64,000 nt of DNA from Parcubacteria group bacterium (GCA_041661275.1 JBAZUU010000001.1:35493-99492), one strand, 5' to 3'; positions 18,820-27,906 are shown, numbered from the stretch's first letter. Notes: generated by a model not told the origin, from the sequence alone. Translations and numbers: made by a program.

Positions 18820-19845
18820 CTATAGGGCGAGGCGCAACCGGTTGACGCTGTTGGAGCTGCCGGCACCGCACGAGCCGAGGCCGAACCCGCCGCCGCACGA
18901 GCCGGCAATGCCACACGAGACACCGGGATTCGTACCTTTGTCGCGATGGTCAACGACATTTCTCAGCCAATCCCACGTTTTGGGAGCCAGATATGTTTTG
19001 TTCTTCGCGTAACGCTGGCATGCCAGAATCATTTCTTCTTCCGCTGAAACTACTCTTACTTTCCGCTCGATCGCCGAAATGTATGAGCAATCGCGAAGTT
19101 CGACGATCCGGCCATCCTTGTTGACGATGGTCTGATTGGTGGAGATGTCCTGGGCGCTGTTGGTAAAAATGAGATCCACCATACCAGGAATGACCAAAAG
19201 TGGTCGCTTCCCGATAATCAGCCGAATTATTTCCGCCACCCACGCATTTTTGAAGTCGTCACTATTAAATTCCTCCGGCTCGACAGATATACCTCTTTCA
19301 AGAAGTTCTGCGAGCGTGAGTTTCGTCCACCGGTCAGTGCCGTTCTCCGCCCAGACCCTGAAGCCTTCTTTTTTGAGCGGTTTCATAATCCGCTCGTAGA
19401 AAAACCGGGCGCCAGTCATCTGCGCTTCCGTATCGGACAAGATTAGCGGCGTAGCTTTGACTTCGGCGTAGCTGAGACAGCCCGCTTCTAGCCCGGCTTT
19501 GATGGCCGGCATCCTGTTCGGGTCAATGGAGATTTTCTTGAAATCGATACGGAAATCATCGCCGTAAAACTGGCGATAAAAAACTTCCTGCTCGGCGATC
19601 TGGCCCATCAATCCGCCTGACAGTTTCGACTCCAGCTTATTCTTCTTGAGCCAGAGCAAAAACTTTTTGAGGTTGAGGTTTTTTCTGACAGGGATGATGC
19701 CGGAATTTCTTTCTCGTTCTTCTTTTTTCAAATTGAGAAACCATTCCAGCTCCTCCAAAGACAACTCTCCTTTACGAAGCTTGGAGAGCAGGTCGATTTG
19801 CAGACCAGCCAATCTGGCCGTTTCTGCTCCGATGATCACACTCAT
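18820..19845 (-). CDS. DGR target protein with C-terminal variable region (probable CLec-like fold)
   Basis: VR encodes the last 33 aa; TWDW before it; terminal RLRLAL. Confidence 0.9.
   Translation of the reverse strand: MSVIIGAETARLAGLQIDLLSKLRKGELSLEELEWFLNLKKEERERNSGIIPVRKNLNLKKFLLWLKKNKLESKLSGGLMGQIAEQEVFYRQFYGDDFRIDFKKISIDPNRMPAIKAGLEAGCLSYAEVKATPLILSDTEAQMTGARFFYERIMKPLKKEGFRVWAENGTDRWTKLTLAELLERGISVEPEEFNSDDFKNAWVAEIIRLIIGKRPLLVIPGMVDLIFTNSAQDISTNQTIVNKDGRIVELRDCSYISAIERKVRVVSAEEEMILACQRYAKNKTYLAPKTWDWLRNVVDHRDKGTNPGVSCGIAGSCGGGFGLGSCGAGSSNSVNRLRLAL
18823..18922 (-). repeat. DGR variable repeat (VR)
   Basis: VSCGIAGSCGGGFGLGSCGAGSSNSVNRLRLAL versus TR VSCGIADSYDSEFNLNSNDADNSNSVNRLRLAL. 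Confidence 0.96.
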
Positions 19846-20022
19846 CGTTTTCTCCCTTCCTATAACTATAAATTTAAAAAGGTACTTCTTTTTCTCTCAA
19901 TTACCGGCCAATCCGGCAATTCAAGAAAGCATAGCACAAAAGCCGCCCGGAGTCAAACCTGGAGTCAAATTTGGGGCGGTAAAATGGCGTTTTTTGGCTT
20001 GAATAAGCAATAAAATTAGCTA

Positions 20023-20114
20023 TTGCAATAAAATTGGTTCTATGCTAGTATTAATTTACAGAAAGTTCCCGGCCCAGGGTCTACAAGCACCCTACAATGG
20101 CGGGGAATTTTTTT
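20023..20114 (+). ncRNA. Candidate ~55-nt small RNA with its own promoter and terminator
   Basis: TTGCAA-N17-TAGTAT with TG extension, then a nested hairpin and T7; no ORF. Confidence 0.45.
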
Positions 20115-20129
20115 GTGTTTATTTTTTAC

Positions 20130-20546
20130 TTATGACGGAGGAAAGCAAGACATAAAAAATTTGCGTTTGGTTTTAGAATCTTCTTTTATTTGCACAAAAA
20201 AGAGCAATCCTTCTTCGGTTAGCCCTGCAAATCTATAGAAAGTTTCTTTGGGTTTATTGGGATTATTTTTTATAAACGGTTTATTTCTTGAATTTTTAAC
20301 GAGTTCTACCGACGCGCAAAAATACTTAAGCCTCTCTAATCTGTCTTTGTACGGCTTTTGCCGCAAATGATCCCAAAAGTAGTCAAAAAATATTTTTTCT
20401 TTTTTGAAATAAGCACTACGGACATATGGCCTTCTTTTACTTTTTCTTTTTACTTCTGAAAATATATTTAAAGCGTTTCTATATACTTCCGTACGGCTGG
20501 TTCCAGGAACCTTTCTTGATTTTGTCTGATATGGAATAACCTCCAT
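20130..20546 (-). CDS. Basic hypothetical protein, possibly a RelE/barnase-like RNase fold
   Basis: K/R-rich; FWDHL, YRFAG, FFVQIKE and FFMSCFP; start ATG 20546 follows the operator/promoter. Confidence 0.55.
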   Translation of the reverse strand: MEVIPYQTKSRKVPGTSRTEVYRNALNIFSEVKRKSKRRPYVRSAYFKKEKIFFDYFWDHLRQKPYKDRLERLKYFCASVELVKNSRNKPFIKNNPNKPKETFYRFAGLTEEGLLFFVQIKEDSKTKRKFFMSCFPPS

Positions 20547-20565
20547 TGAATTATTTTTGTTTTTA

Positions 20566-20590
20566 TTATAGTGATATAATATCACTATAA
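20566..20590. promoter_or_regulatory. Second copy of the 25-bp palindromic operator
   Basis: Identical to 16940-16964; overlaps TGGACA-N17-TATTAT on the minus strand. Confidence 0.7.
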
Positions 20591-20607
20591 ATAATCCTTG
20601 TCCACCC

Positions 20608-21807
20608 CTACTCCACAATTATCATCGCCTTCCGGCCTTCGGTGATCTTGTCGCGATTTCCCGGGAAATCGTGGATGGCGTTATAAAGAGTGTTGATGTT
20701 ATAGCGATAGCCGGCTCCTTTCCTGGTGCCGGAATCATTGGTGATTATCGTATCACCGTCATAACCGATCAAGACCACGGCATGGTACGGCGGACCGGGA
20801 TATTTGAAATTAGGATTGCCCAGCATCTGCCCTGCCGCCGGAATGATGATCGGTTTTCCCCGCGCCAGATATTTTTTCAAATCTTCTTTTTTGAAATCAT
20901 AAACGACTTTCATATTATTTATTCCATAAAAATCACGTGCCAGAGTCACGATTTCCTGAGCGCTGCTATCGATATAATTGTCATATTTTGTTATCTCGAA
21001 CTTTATCATTTTTTGGATTTCATTTTCAGCCGTGTTTGGATCCAGCGGCTTTCCATCCAAAAAATATTTCACCATAATAAGAGCTGTTTCCTCACAAGCT
21101 TCTTCATGAAATTGATCCCATTGGGCGAATGGTGCTTGCGGAGTAAAAGGAACCTTAATCAGCACTCTTTCGGGAATAGGCGCATTGGTATTGGCATTAA
21201 TATTGGCATTATTATCATTACTGCTTTGACTACCGGTAACACCAACATTTTTATTTTCATTATTGCTGGTAACAATATTATTCTGATTTTGAGAAGAATC
21301 AACCGGACTGGAAAAAACAACCGTATTTTTGGCAATATTATTTCCTTCTTCGATCATCTGGAAAGTAAGACCGGAAATAGCCAGAGCGATGATTGCGACA
21401 ATAAAAATCGTATGCTTTTTCAACTGTCCTGTTATTTTCGTCACAATTATCTGCGTAGCCAGAAGCGCGCTCAAAAAATCAAAAACTACATCAATGAAAC
21501 GTCCGGATCGGCCGGGAATAAAAGTTTGGTGAAACTCATCGCTAGTGGCATAAAAGAGTACTGCTGCTAGAGTCAAAACAAGCGCGTCACGCATAACAAG
21601 ATTCCAGGAATAATAGAAAATACGCCAAACGAGCCAAAGAAGAATGGCATATTCCGCCAGGTGTCCCGCTTTTCGCGCCACTACTTCCAGTGTCACGTTA
21701 GACGATCCCATATTAAGATCAGGAATGGAAGAAAGATAAAAGATCAAAACCATCCAAGTAAAAGCCGGGAGATAATATTTGAAAAAGTTTATAATTTTTG
21801 AATTCAT
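20608..21807 (-). CDS. VanZ-like membrane domain fused to a C39-like peptidase
   Basis: RKAGHLAEY, DEFHQTFIPGRSG-D; VPFTPQAP, EACEE, YHAVVLIGYD and TND. Confidence 0.8.
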   Translation of the reverse strand: MNSKIINFFKYYLPAFTWMVLIFYLSSIPDLNMGSSNVTLEVVARKAGHLAEYAILLWLVWRIFYYSWNLVMRDALVLTLAAVLFYATSDEFHQTFIPGRSGRFIDVVFDFLSALLATQIIVTKITGQLKKHTIFIVAIIALAISGLTFQMIEEGNNIAKNTVVFSSPVDSSQNQNNIVTSNNENKNVGVTGSQSSNDNNANINANTNAPIPERVLIKVPFTPQAPFAQWDQFHEEACEETALIMVKYFLDGKPLDPNTAENEIQKMIKFEITKYDNYIDSSAQEIVTLARDFYGINNMKVVYDFKKEDLKKYLARGKPIIIPAAGQMLGNPNFKYPGPPYHAVVLIGYDGDTIITNDSGTRKGAGYRYNINTLYNAIHDFPGNRDKITEGRKAMIIVE

Positions 21808-21810
21808 CGG

Positions 21811-22974
21811 TTAATATATAATGACTGGCGTACCAACATCTGTCCATTCAAAGGCTTGCTTGGCCGGGCCGACTCCCAGTCGGATACAGCCGTGTGACAC
21901 CGGGATACCCAAATGATTAGCGCCCTCTTTATATCCCCCCGGCCATTCCGGAAGTTCATGGATACCGAAACTGCCGTCGCTAGCCACCGCCATCCAATAC
22001 GGCATGTAGAGTCCGTATCTTTTCGACCACACTCTTGGCGCTTTGTTATGAATAGTAAATTCGCCCTTTGTCGTTTCCATCCCTCTTTTGCCGGAAGAGA
22101 TCATGCTGGACATGACTATTTTTCCATTTTCAAAAAGAGAAAGAACCTGGGCTTCCAGATTGACGTCGATATATTTTCCTTCTTCGATCTTGGCCTTGGT
22201 GAAACGTTTGGCCTGCTCAAGTCTCGCCGTGAAATCCTTTTCCCATGATAGGGGTTCCGGCGGCAAAGTAGAAAAAGAACTTCGGAAAATTTCCCGATAA
22301 TTATCGTCTGTGTCTTTGGAAAATTTAGCATAGATGACCAATTTGTATTCCTGCCCTTCCTTTATTTTTTCCTGAGGAAGAATTTTGAACTGCGTCTTAT
22401 CTTCGTTGTTTTTGTAGGACATCGGGCTATCGGGAGTCAGGGAAAATTTCAGAAAAAATCCTTCAGTCGACTGATCGAAATTGACAACTATAGGATCTTC
22501 GATATCTAACGCAACGTCTTTGGCGCTGTCCTCCGGAATTATTTTTGTAACCCGAGGAAACTTGATAGTGGAAAAAGTTATATCCTGCGCGTCAATTCCC
22601 GCCAGCATGGCATTTTTTCCATCTGGAAGCGACAGTGTATATTGGGTTTCTGGCCGCCAAAAGTTCTTTGGCATGATGATCAGTTTCTTTCCGGAATTTT
22701 CCCAGGTGTATTCCATTTCGGTTTCCGGCAGCACTTTTATTCCAGTGCTATAATTTTGCGTCATGACCGGTTGGGAAAAATTGATAACGATGGGATCTAA
22801 CGGCTTCACATTTTCCCTATTTTCCATCGCGATTTCCGTTTTGAAAACCTGCGGGTAAGCTTCGATACTGTAGGCTGATCCGAATACTCCGGCAGCCATT
22901 ATAGACAGCACAAAAACAAAAACTTTCCAGCTGGTTATGTGATGGGTGCCGACATGTTTTTTTATCCTGTCCAT
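21811..22974 (-). CDS. L,D-transpeptidase with Ig-like (Big_5) domains
   Basis: FGIHELP...SHGCIRL motif; INFSQP/VNFDQ repeats. Confidence 0.88.
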   Translation of the reverse strand: MDRIKKHVGTHHITSWKVFVFVLSIMAAGVFGSAYSIEAYPQVFKTEIAMENRENVKPLDPIVINFSQPVMTQNYSTGIKVLPETEMEYTWENSGKKLIIMPKNFWRPETQYTLSLPDGKNAMLAGIDAQDITFSTIKFPRVTKIIPEDSAKDVALDIEDPIVVNFDQSTEGFFLKFSLTPDSPMSYKNNEDKTQFKILPQEKIKEGQEYKLVIYAKFSKDTDDNYREIFRSSFSTLPPEPLSWEKDFTARLEQAKRFTKAKIEEGKYIDVNLEAQVLSLFENGKIVMSSMISSGKRGMETTKGEFTIHNKAPRVWSKRYGLYMPYWMAVASDGSFGIHELPEWPGGYKEGANHLGIPVSHGCIRLGVGPAKQAFEWTDVGTPVIIY

Positions 22975-22978
22975 ATAT

Positions 22979-23998
22979 TTATTTTACCACAGATTTTCCA
23001 TTAAATAATTCCCGCGCGCTGTTCCACAGCTCCGGATGATCTTTTTCCACTTTCAGCCAATACCACCATTCCACGCCCCATAAATACATTTCAGGAAATC
23101 CGACACGCCTCGCGAACGATACATTATCTACTAATTTTTCTTTGTTCATTGATTTAAACTGTTCGTCCAGTGGACATTCAGTCGTGTAGCCGGAAATCCA
23201 TGGTTCAGCTTGAAGCTCGATAACAATAGCCCTATCTTGATTGGCAAAAGTTTTAATCAGCCAATGCTTAAACCAGAAAAATCGGGGTCCTATTGGATAA
23301 TCAAAATATCCCAATCCTTTTTTATATATCGTCCGATACATGGTCGTTCCAAAAATATCGGCGCGTTTGGCCGCCTGTATCCAGAGGCTCAATTCCCCAC
23401 TGTCAGTAACAATTACCGGGCGAGACGGATCCTTAGCTTTGACCAGCGCTATTTCGCTATCAAGAAGATTAGTGTCGAGCGCGGGACAAATGCCAAAGGA
23501 CAAAAATGGCTCATTTTCTACCTGCCAGGCTTCAATATTGCTATAACTTTTCAAATTATCTATTGCTTTATCAATAAATTTAAGAAGGCTTCCTTTTCTT
23601 TTTTGATCATCATTTTTCGCCCATTCCGGGATGGCGCATTCCGGCCAACGCGGCACTTTCTGTCCGACTACCAAAATTACATCGGCATTCCTCTTTTTTG
23701 CCTCATCCAACTGCCAGGCGATATCGGAAAAATCATATTGGCCTTCCTGTTTTTCCACTAGATCCCAATAGATGGGAATCCTCACTTTTTTTACGCCAAG
23801 GTCATCAAGCATGGCGATATACGCCTCCTTCCAGTTGAGCATGATATCCCCGGCATAACGGGAAGAGAAAGTTACTCCCAGCTTGGCATCCGCATTTTCT
23901 TTGGCGACAGGAATATTGAAATAAATTAGAAGTATAATTGCCAAACCCAAAATTATGCCCAGCGTCCAGAGTATGAATTTTAATATTTTTTTTATCAT
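22979..23998 (-). CDS. Membrane-anchored clan-A glycoside hydrolase (beta-galactosidase-like)
   Basis: VRIPIYW, WQVENEP and ELQAEPW motifs. Confidence 0.75.
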   Translation of the reverse strand: MIKKILKFILWTLGIILGLAIILLIYFNIPVAKENADAKLGVTFSSRYAGDIMLNWKEAYIAMLDDLGVKKVRIPIYWDLVEKQEGQYDFSDIAWQLDEAKKRNADVILVVGQKVPRWPECAIPEWAKNDDQKRKGSLLKFIDKAIDNLKSYSNIEAWQVENEPFLSFGICPALDTNLLDSEIALVKAKDPSRPVIVTDSGELSLWIQAAKRADIFGTTMYRTIYKKGLGYFDYPIGPRFFWFKHWLIKTFANQDRAIVIELQAEPWISGYTTECPLDEQFKSMNKEKLVDNVSFARRVGFPEMYLWGVEWWYWLKVEKDHPELWNSARELFNGKSVVK

Positions 23999-24001
23999 TT
24001 A

Positions 24002-24928
24002 TTATCTTTTGGAAACTAAAAATACTCCTATGGCAATAATCAAAATGGCTGATATTTTTTGAATCGTGCTTCTGGCATCTCTTTTTTCTTCAAAAAATCC
24101 GGGAAACCACAAGGAAAATAGCACTCCCAGAATGAAAACAAACACATATTCTATAGCCACTATGGCATTGACAATTGTCACACTGGCCAGAATTAGTGAT
24201 GTCGCGTATTCCTTAAGAATAGAGCCACCGCCACCGATAGCTCTAGCCATAACAAATAATAATCCTGATTTTTTGTGCTCCCTTTCCGGTTCTTTGAATT
24301 TAAAAACGGATGCTAAAATTACTTTCCGCCACCTCGGAACAAAAAGAAGGGTAAGAACACCAAAAAATGACCCGACCACTCTCCAGACATAAACGTTGAT
24401 AAAATTATCGTGGCTATAGAATCCTTTGAGCGTAACGGCGGAGATAGCCAAAAGCGTTCCGGCCAGGATAGACCAATAAAAACCATCAAACAATTTAATT
24501 TTTTTGACGCTTGTCAGGTCATATGATATCCAAAGCCCGCCGATAACGAGAAAAAATATTCCTGTTATCTGACCCGGTTTTAGATGCTCGTTGAGAAATA
24601 TGGCGGCTAAAAAAAGCGCCAAGATCGGCACGACGACTCCGACGACCGGAACAACCCGACTGGCTTCGCTTTTGGCGATAGCGGAAAAAAGAGAAAACAT
24701 CCCATAAATAAAAATTACTCCGGCTACGAAGCGAAGAAAGGCATCCGAATAACTCAAAGCATGGACGCCAAAAGGAATAAAAAACAAAGCAAAAAGCCCC
24801 AGCGCTCCGGCATAAAAAGTGTATATGGCCGGATGGGAAACGCGCCTGCTCGAAAGTAAAAATTTATCCAAAACCACTTCCAGCGCCAGCAAAAAATATG
24901 CAACTGTTGAAATGGCCAACCAATTCAT
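24002..24928 (-). CDS. EamA/DMT family transporter
   Basis: About 10 TM helices; EASRVVP and FLNEHL. Confidence 0.8.
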   Translation of the reverse strand: MNWLAISTVAYFLLALEVVLDKFLLSSRRVSHPAIYTFYAGALGLFALFFIPFGVHALSYSDAFLRFVAGVIFIYGMFSLFSAIAKSEASRVVPVVGVVVPILALFLAAIFLNEHLKPGQITGIFFLVIGGLWISYDLTSVKKIKLFDGFYWSILAGTLLAISAVTLKGFYSHDNFINVYVWRVVGSFFGVLTLLFVPRWRKVILASVFKFKEPEREHKKSGLLFVMARAIGGGGSILKEYATSLILASVTIVNAIVAIEYVFVFILGVLFSLWFPGFFEEKRDARSTIQKISAILIIAIGVFLVSKR

Positions 24929-25041
24929 GACTTTTGGGTTTTTATATTTATATTCTACCTATATTCTACAATGAAAAGTAAAAGCCCGCCACGATGTGAG
25001 CAGGCTTTTAGCAGACCCTTCCTTTTAAAGATCTACTTTTG

Positions 25042-25233
25042 TTATTTAGCGACGCCATTGCCATTCCTGCTGGCATCCCCAATCATTCGTATATAAATAA
25101 AACCATTACTTTCTGGATGGGTGCCAATCCTAATTCTTCTCTTTCTCATTTTTGCGACTTCCTTACAATTTCGAGGAAATACAAAACCCAGTTCATTTCT
25201 GACAACCGCCTCGGTAATTTCAACATAATTCAT
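25042..25233 (-). CDS. Small hypothetical protein
   Basis: 63 aa; AAGGAG SD; downstream terminator near 24980-25010. Confidence 0.5.
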   Translation of the reverse strand: MNYVEITEAVVRNELGFVFPRNCKEVAKMRKRRIRIGTHPESNGFIYIRMIGDASRNGNGVAK

Positions 25234-25284
25234 AACCCATCTCCTTGAAGAAAAGTTCAGAGCAAATACCGATAAAGAACAAAT

Positions 25285-25461
25285 AAAAATCCACCCTTCG
25301 GGGGTGGTTCTTTTTCTTTCCTCTATCCTTATGGATTAGCGAGTCGATTCAAAAACCACCGCCGTATGAGCGCTGGATGACCCGCCTCCGCAAACGATTT
25401 GGTTTTTAGCTCGTAGTTCCATAGTGATAATAATATAACGGATGGAAGAAAAAATGTCAAG
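25285..25461 (-). promoter_or_regulatory. Promoter, leader peptide (25422-25336) and attenuator
   Basis: TTGACA promoter, 28-aa uORF, terminator CCACCC/GGGTGG, antiterminator GGTGGTTTTT. Confidence 0.55.
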
Positions 25462-25705
25462 CTCGGTTTTTTATTATCTTCATCTTTTCATATCTCGTCA
25501 AATTCTTTATCCGATATTCTTCTTTTAGGGCCTTTGATCTGGTCTTGATTTTTTTGGAGTATACTAACTTCACCGGCCTTCGGCCTCGGGTATATTTCGC
25601 GCCCAACTTTCCGCTGTTATGCCCGTTTATTCTTTTCTTGAGATCGACCGCGATTCCGGTATAAAAAGTTTTGTCTGAACATTGAAGAATATACAGATGA
25701 TACAT
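25457..25705 (-). CDS. GIY-YIG nuclease family protein (YhbQ-like)
   Basis: LYILQCSD-FYTG, GAKYTRGRRPV and EYRIK motifs. Confidence 0.88.
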   Translation of the reverse strand: MYHLYILQCSDKTFYTGIAVDLKKRINGHNSGKLGAKYTRGRRPVKLVYSKKIKTRSKALKEEYRIKNLTRYEKMKIIKNRA

Positions 25706-25744
25706 TAATATCTGTTTAAATATTTAACAGTATAGCTACCTTCT

Positions 25745-25912
25745 TTAGCGTTGCGCCATGGCGCTGACGGCGAGACCGATGTAATACGGCCAGAGAACAA
25801 TCGCCAGCACACCTTGCCAGAAGGCCAGATGCAAGAATCCGATGGTGAACAGCCACCCGGCGAACCAGGAGAAGGCCGTAAAACCATGTTGTTCTACTTT
25901 TATCTTTTGCAT
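25745..25912 (-). CDS. Small membrane protein (55 aa; absent from the ORF track)
   Basis: MQKIKVEQHGFTAFSWFAGWLFTIGFLHLAFWQGVLAIVLWPYYIG. Confidence 0.7.
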   Translation of the reverse strand: MQKIKVEQHGFTAFSWFAGWLFTIGFLHLAFWQGVLAIVLWPYYIGLAVSAMAQR

Positions 25913-26062
25913 ACCCGGTAGTAGAATTTTGACTTTAATTTAGTTAAAATCAAACTCTAAAAATAGGTTTATTAATTAATCTATCTTTTACTCAATAGTA
26001 ATCCGTTGGCCGAAGGCCAGTCAAAATTTCACTACCGGGCATATATTTAAAAATTACGATTG

Positions 26063-26770
26063 TTATTTCGCCATCGCCTTGGCTTTCAAATTTTTTGGCA
26101 TTTTCTCGATGGCATAGCGAAGGGCTGTCCGCGGCATTTTCTTTTTGTTCTTCATGACATAGTCAAAAACTTCCTTTTCGTGCGCCTGGCTCGCCACTTT
26201 CAACATCCATCCGTAACCTTTTTGTACCATATCATCCGGATCTAGCAATAGTATATCAGAAATTTGAAAAATATCTGGCAAAAATTTTCCACGCTTTCCA
26301 GGAACGATGAGGGAGACGGCCGAGGCGCGGCGCATCCAACGATTTTTTGACTGCGCCCATTTTTTCAGACTTTTTACATACTCCGGATATCGAACCAAAA
26401 ATTCGCCGACCGTATGGTTGCAAAAAGTATCACACGCCGCCCAATTGCTGACATAAATTTCTATCCAGCTTTCAAACACTTTAAAATCTTTCGGCTCGTA
26501 ATATTTTCTGACATAATATGACCAGTTACAAGCGATGAAAGCTTCTTCCATATAGCCGGACTTCCACAACTCTTCGCACAAGCCAAAAATTTCTTTTTTA
26601 TTCTGACTTTTAATTTCCTTGAAATTTTCTCTCCCGATCATACTGACGGTTGCCGTCTTCACACCATAAAGCTTGATCTTTTCTTTGAAAAACCTTTCGC
26701 CGCTTTTCCTCACTTTCTCATCGGCATTCTTTTTCAGCTCGCGCCGTATTTTTTGGACAATTTCACTCAT
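26063..26770 (-). CDS. DNA alkylation repair protein (AlkD-like)
   Basis: NWAACD, WMRRAS, VQKGYGWMLK and PRTALRYAIEK motifs. Confidence 0.9.
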   Translation of the reverse strand: MSEIVQKIRRELKKNADEKVRKSGERFFKEKIKLYGVKTATVSMIGRENFKEIKSQNKKEIFGLCEELWKSGYMEEAFIACNWSYYVRKYYEPKDFKVFESWIEIYVSNWAACDTFCNHTVGEFLVRYPEYVKSLKKWAQSKNRWMRRASAVSLIVPGKRGKFLPDIFQISDILLLDPDDMVQKGYGWMLKVASQAHEKEVFDYVMKNKKKMPRTALRYAIEKMPKNLKAKAMAK

Positions 26771-26777
26771 TTGTCTA

Positions 26778-27446
26778 TTAAACTTCAAAAGTCATTCTCT
26801 TATACACCTCCCGCGTGCATTCTACATCCCGCTTACAATATTCGCAGATATCTTTCGTTTTTCCGGCTTTATAGAAAGAATATACCTGTGAACCGTCAAT
26901 TCCGTCTTTGGGTGTCGGAATCCCCAAGGCCAGGGCGACATGTTCGAGACCAATATTGCTGTTGGCCCATTTGACCCATTCTTTCATCGTATCGTATATC
27001 GGATAGTTTCTATAACGGGTGAAAGGAAGTTCATAGGCCGGCTTGACTTTATTGATAATAGAACGCTGGTAGATGAACCGCAGATCAAAATCCATGACAT
27101 TGTGCCCGATGAACTGTACGCCATAATCCGGCTGATAAGAATTATGGTTTGGAGAAACACTAATAGACTCAACAATGTCCCAGAATTTTTCGATCATCCT
27201 GGCTTCATCAACGCTCCCGTCCAAAACTTCCACTGGCTCATCATCGATAGCATAAGCGATGCAAAGAATCCGTCCGAACGACCCATCAAAAGAAGTTCCT
27301 AAAAGATACTGCTCAAAATCAGTATGGTCGTCACAATTTTCTTTCTTATTCTTCTTGGCTTTTTTTTTCTCAAACAAAAATTTCAGCGCCTCGTGCTGCT
27401 CATCTCCCGCCGGCAAAGTCTCGATGTCCAGGTACAATCTTCGCAT
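26778..27446 (-). CDS. PolB-related 3'-5' exonuclease (RNase H-like)
   Basis: LDIET, GHNVMDFD and YCKRDV motifs. Confidence 0.85.
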   Translation of the reverse strand: MRRLYLDIETLPAGDEQHEALKFLFEKKKAKKNKKENCDDHTDFEQYLLGTSFDGSFGRILCIAYAIDDEPVEVLDGSVDEARMIEKFWDIVESISVSPNHNSYQPDYGVQFIGHNVMDFDLRFIYQRSIINKVKPAYELPFTRYRNYPIYDTMKEWVKWANSNIGLEHVALALGIPTPKDGIDGSQVYSFYKAGKTKDICEYCKRDVECTREVYKRMTFEV

Positions 27447-27559
27447 AATTTTTTGTTACAATAGTTAATCTGTTTCAATTATATCAGTCCCTAAAAACAA
27501 AAACCAGCCCACGAGGACTGGAAAACTCGCCAGTTTTTTTAATTTCTGTAATATCTAAT

Positions 27560-27787
27560 CTATAAATGACTTTCCGCTTCAGCGAAGGCCTTGGAAAAAT
27601 CAGCAAAATGATCTTTGAACAACATTATCCGATTAGTTACCCTTTCTCCGTCTTTTTTCTTATACAGTTCAGCGATTGTCAGATAGTGACTGCCGTTAGA
27701 CGCTTTTTTGACATCGAAGAAATAATTTTTGCCTCCCGCTCGAACCATCTGGGAGTGCACTTTCTCCGGCATGTTTTGTCCCTCCAT
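27560..27787 (-). CDS. PUR/DUF3276-like nucleic-acid-binding protein
   Basis: RAGGKNYFFDVK...YLTIAE. Confidence 0.75.
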   Translation of the reverse strand: MEGQNMPEKVHSQMVRAGGKNYFFDVKKASNGSHYLTIAELYKKKDGERVTNRIMLFKDHFADFSKAFAEAESHL

Positions 27788-27906
27788 AATTTTTTGGTAC
27801 GCGTCTTTTAAATTTTTCCATTAGTCTTATGTTAGCTGCAGCTAGATAAAACTTTTGGCGTGACGCATACATATTAAGTATTAGCGCGAGGGTCTTTTTC
27901 CACTCG

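Larger units (their letters stand above)
16940..19845 (-). mobile_element. Diversity-generating retroelement (target/VR - TR - antisense avd - RT)
   Basis: RT plus a TR/VR pair differing only at adenines, an Avd-like ORF and hairpins 3' of the VR. Confidence 0.96.

Noticed and set aside
20671-21570. Long antisense ORFs (also 51769-52605 and 23210-23761)
   Set aside because: They are shadows of well-supported opposite-strand genes and carry no motifs.
25705-25887. 60-aa ORF from the track, or a GC-rich ncRNA
   Set aside because: Another frame (25912-25745) gives a convincing membrane protein.
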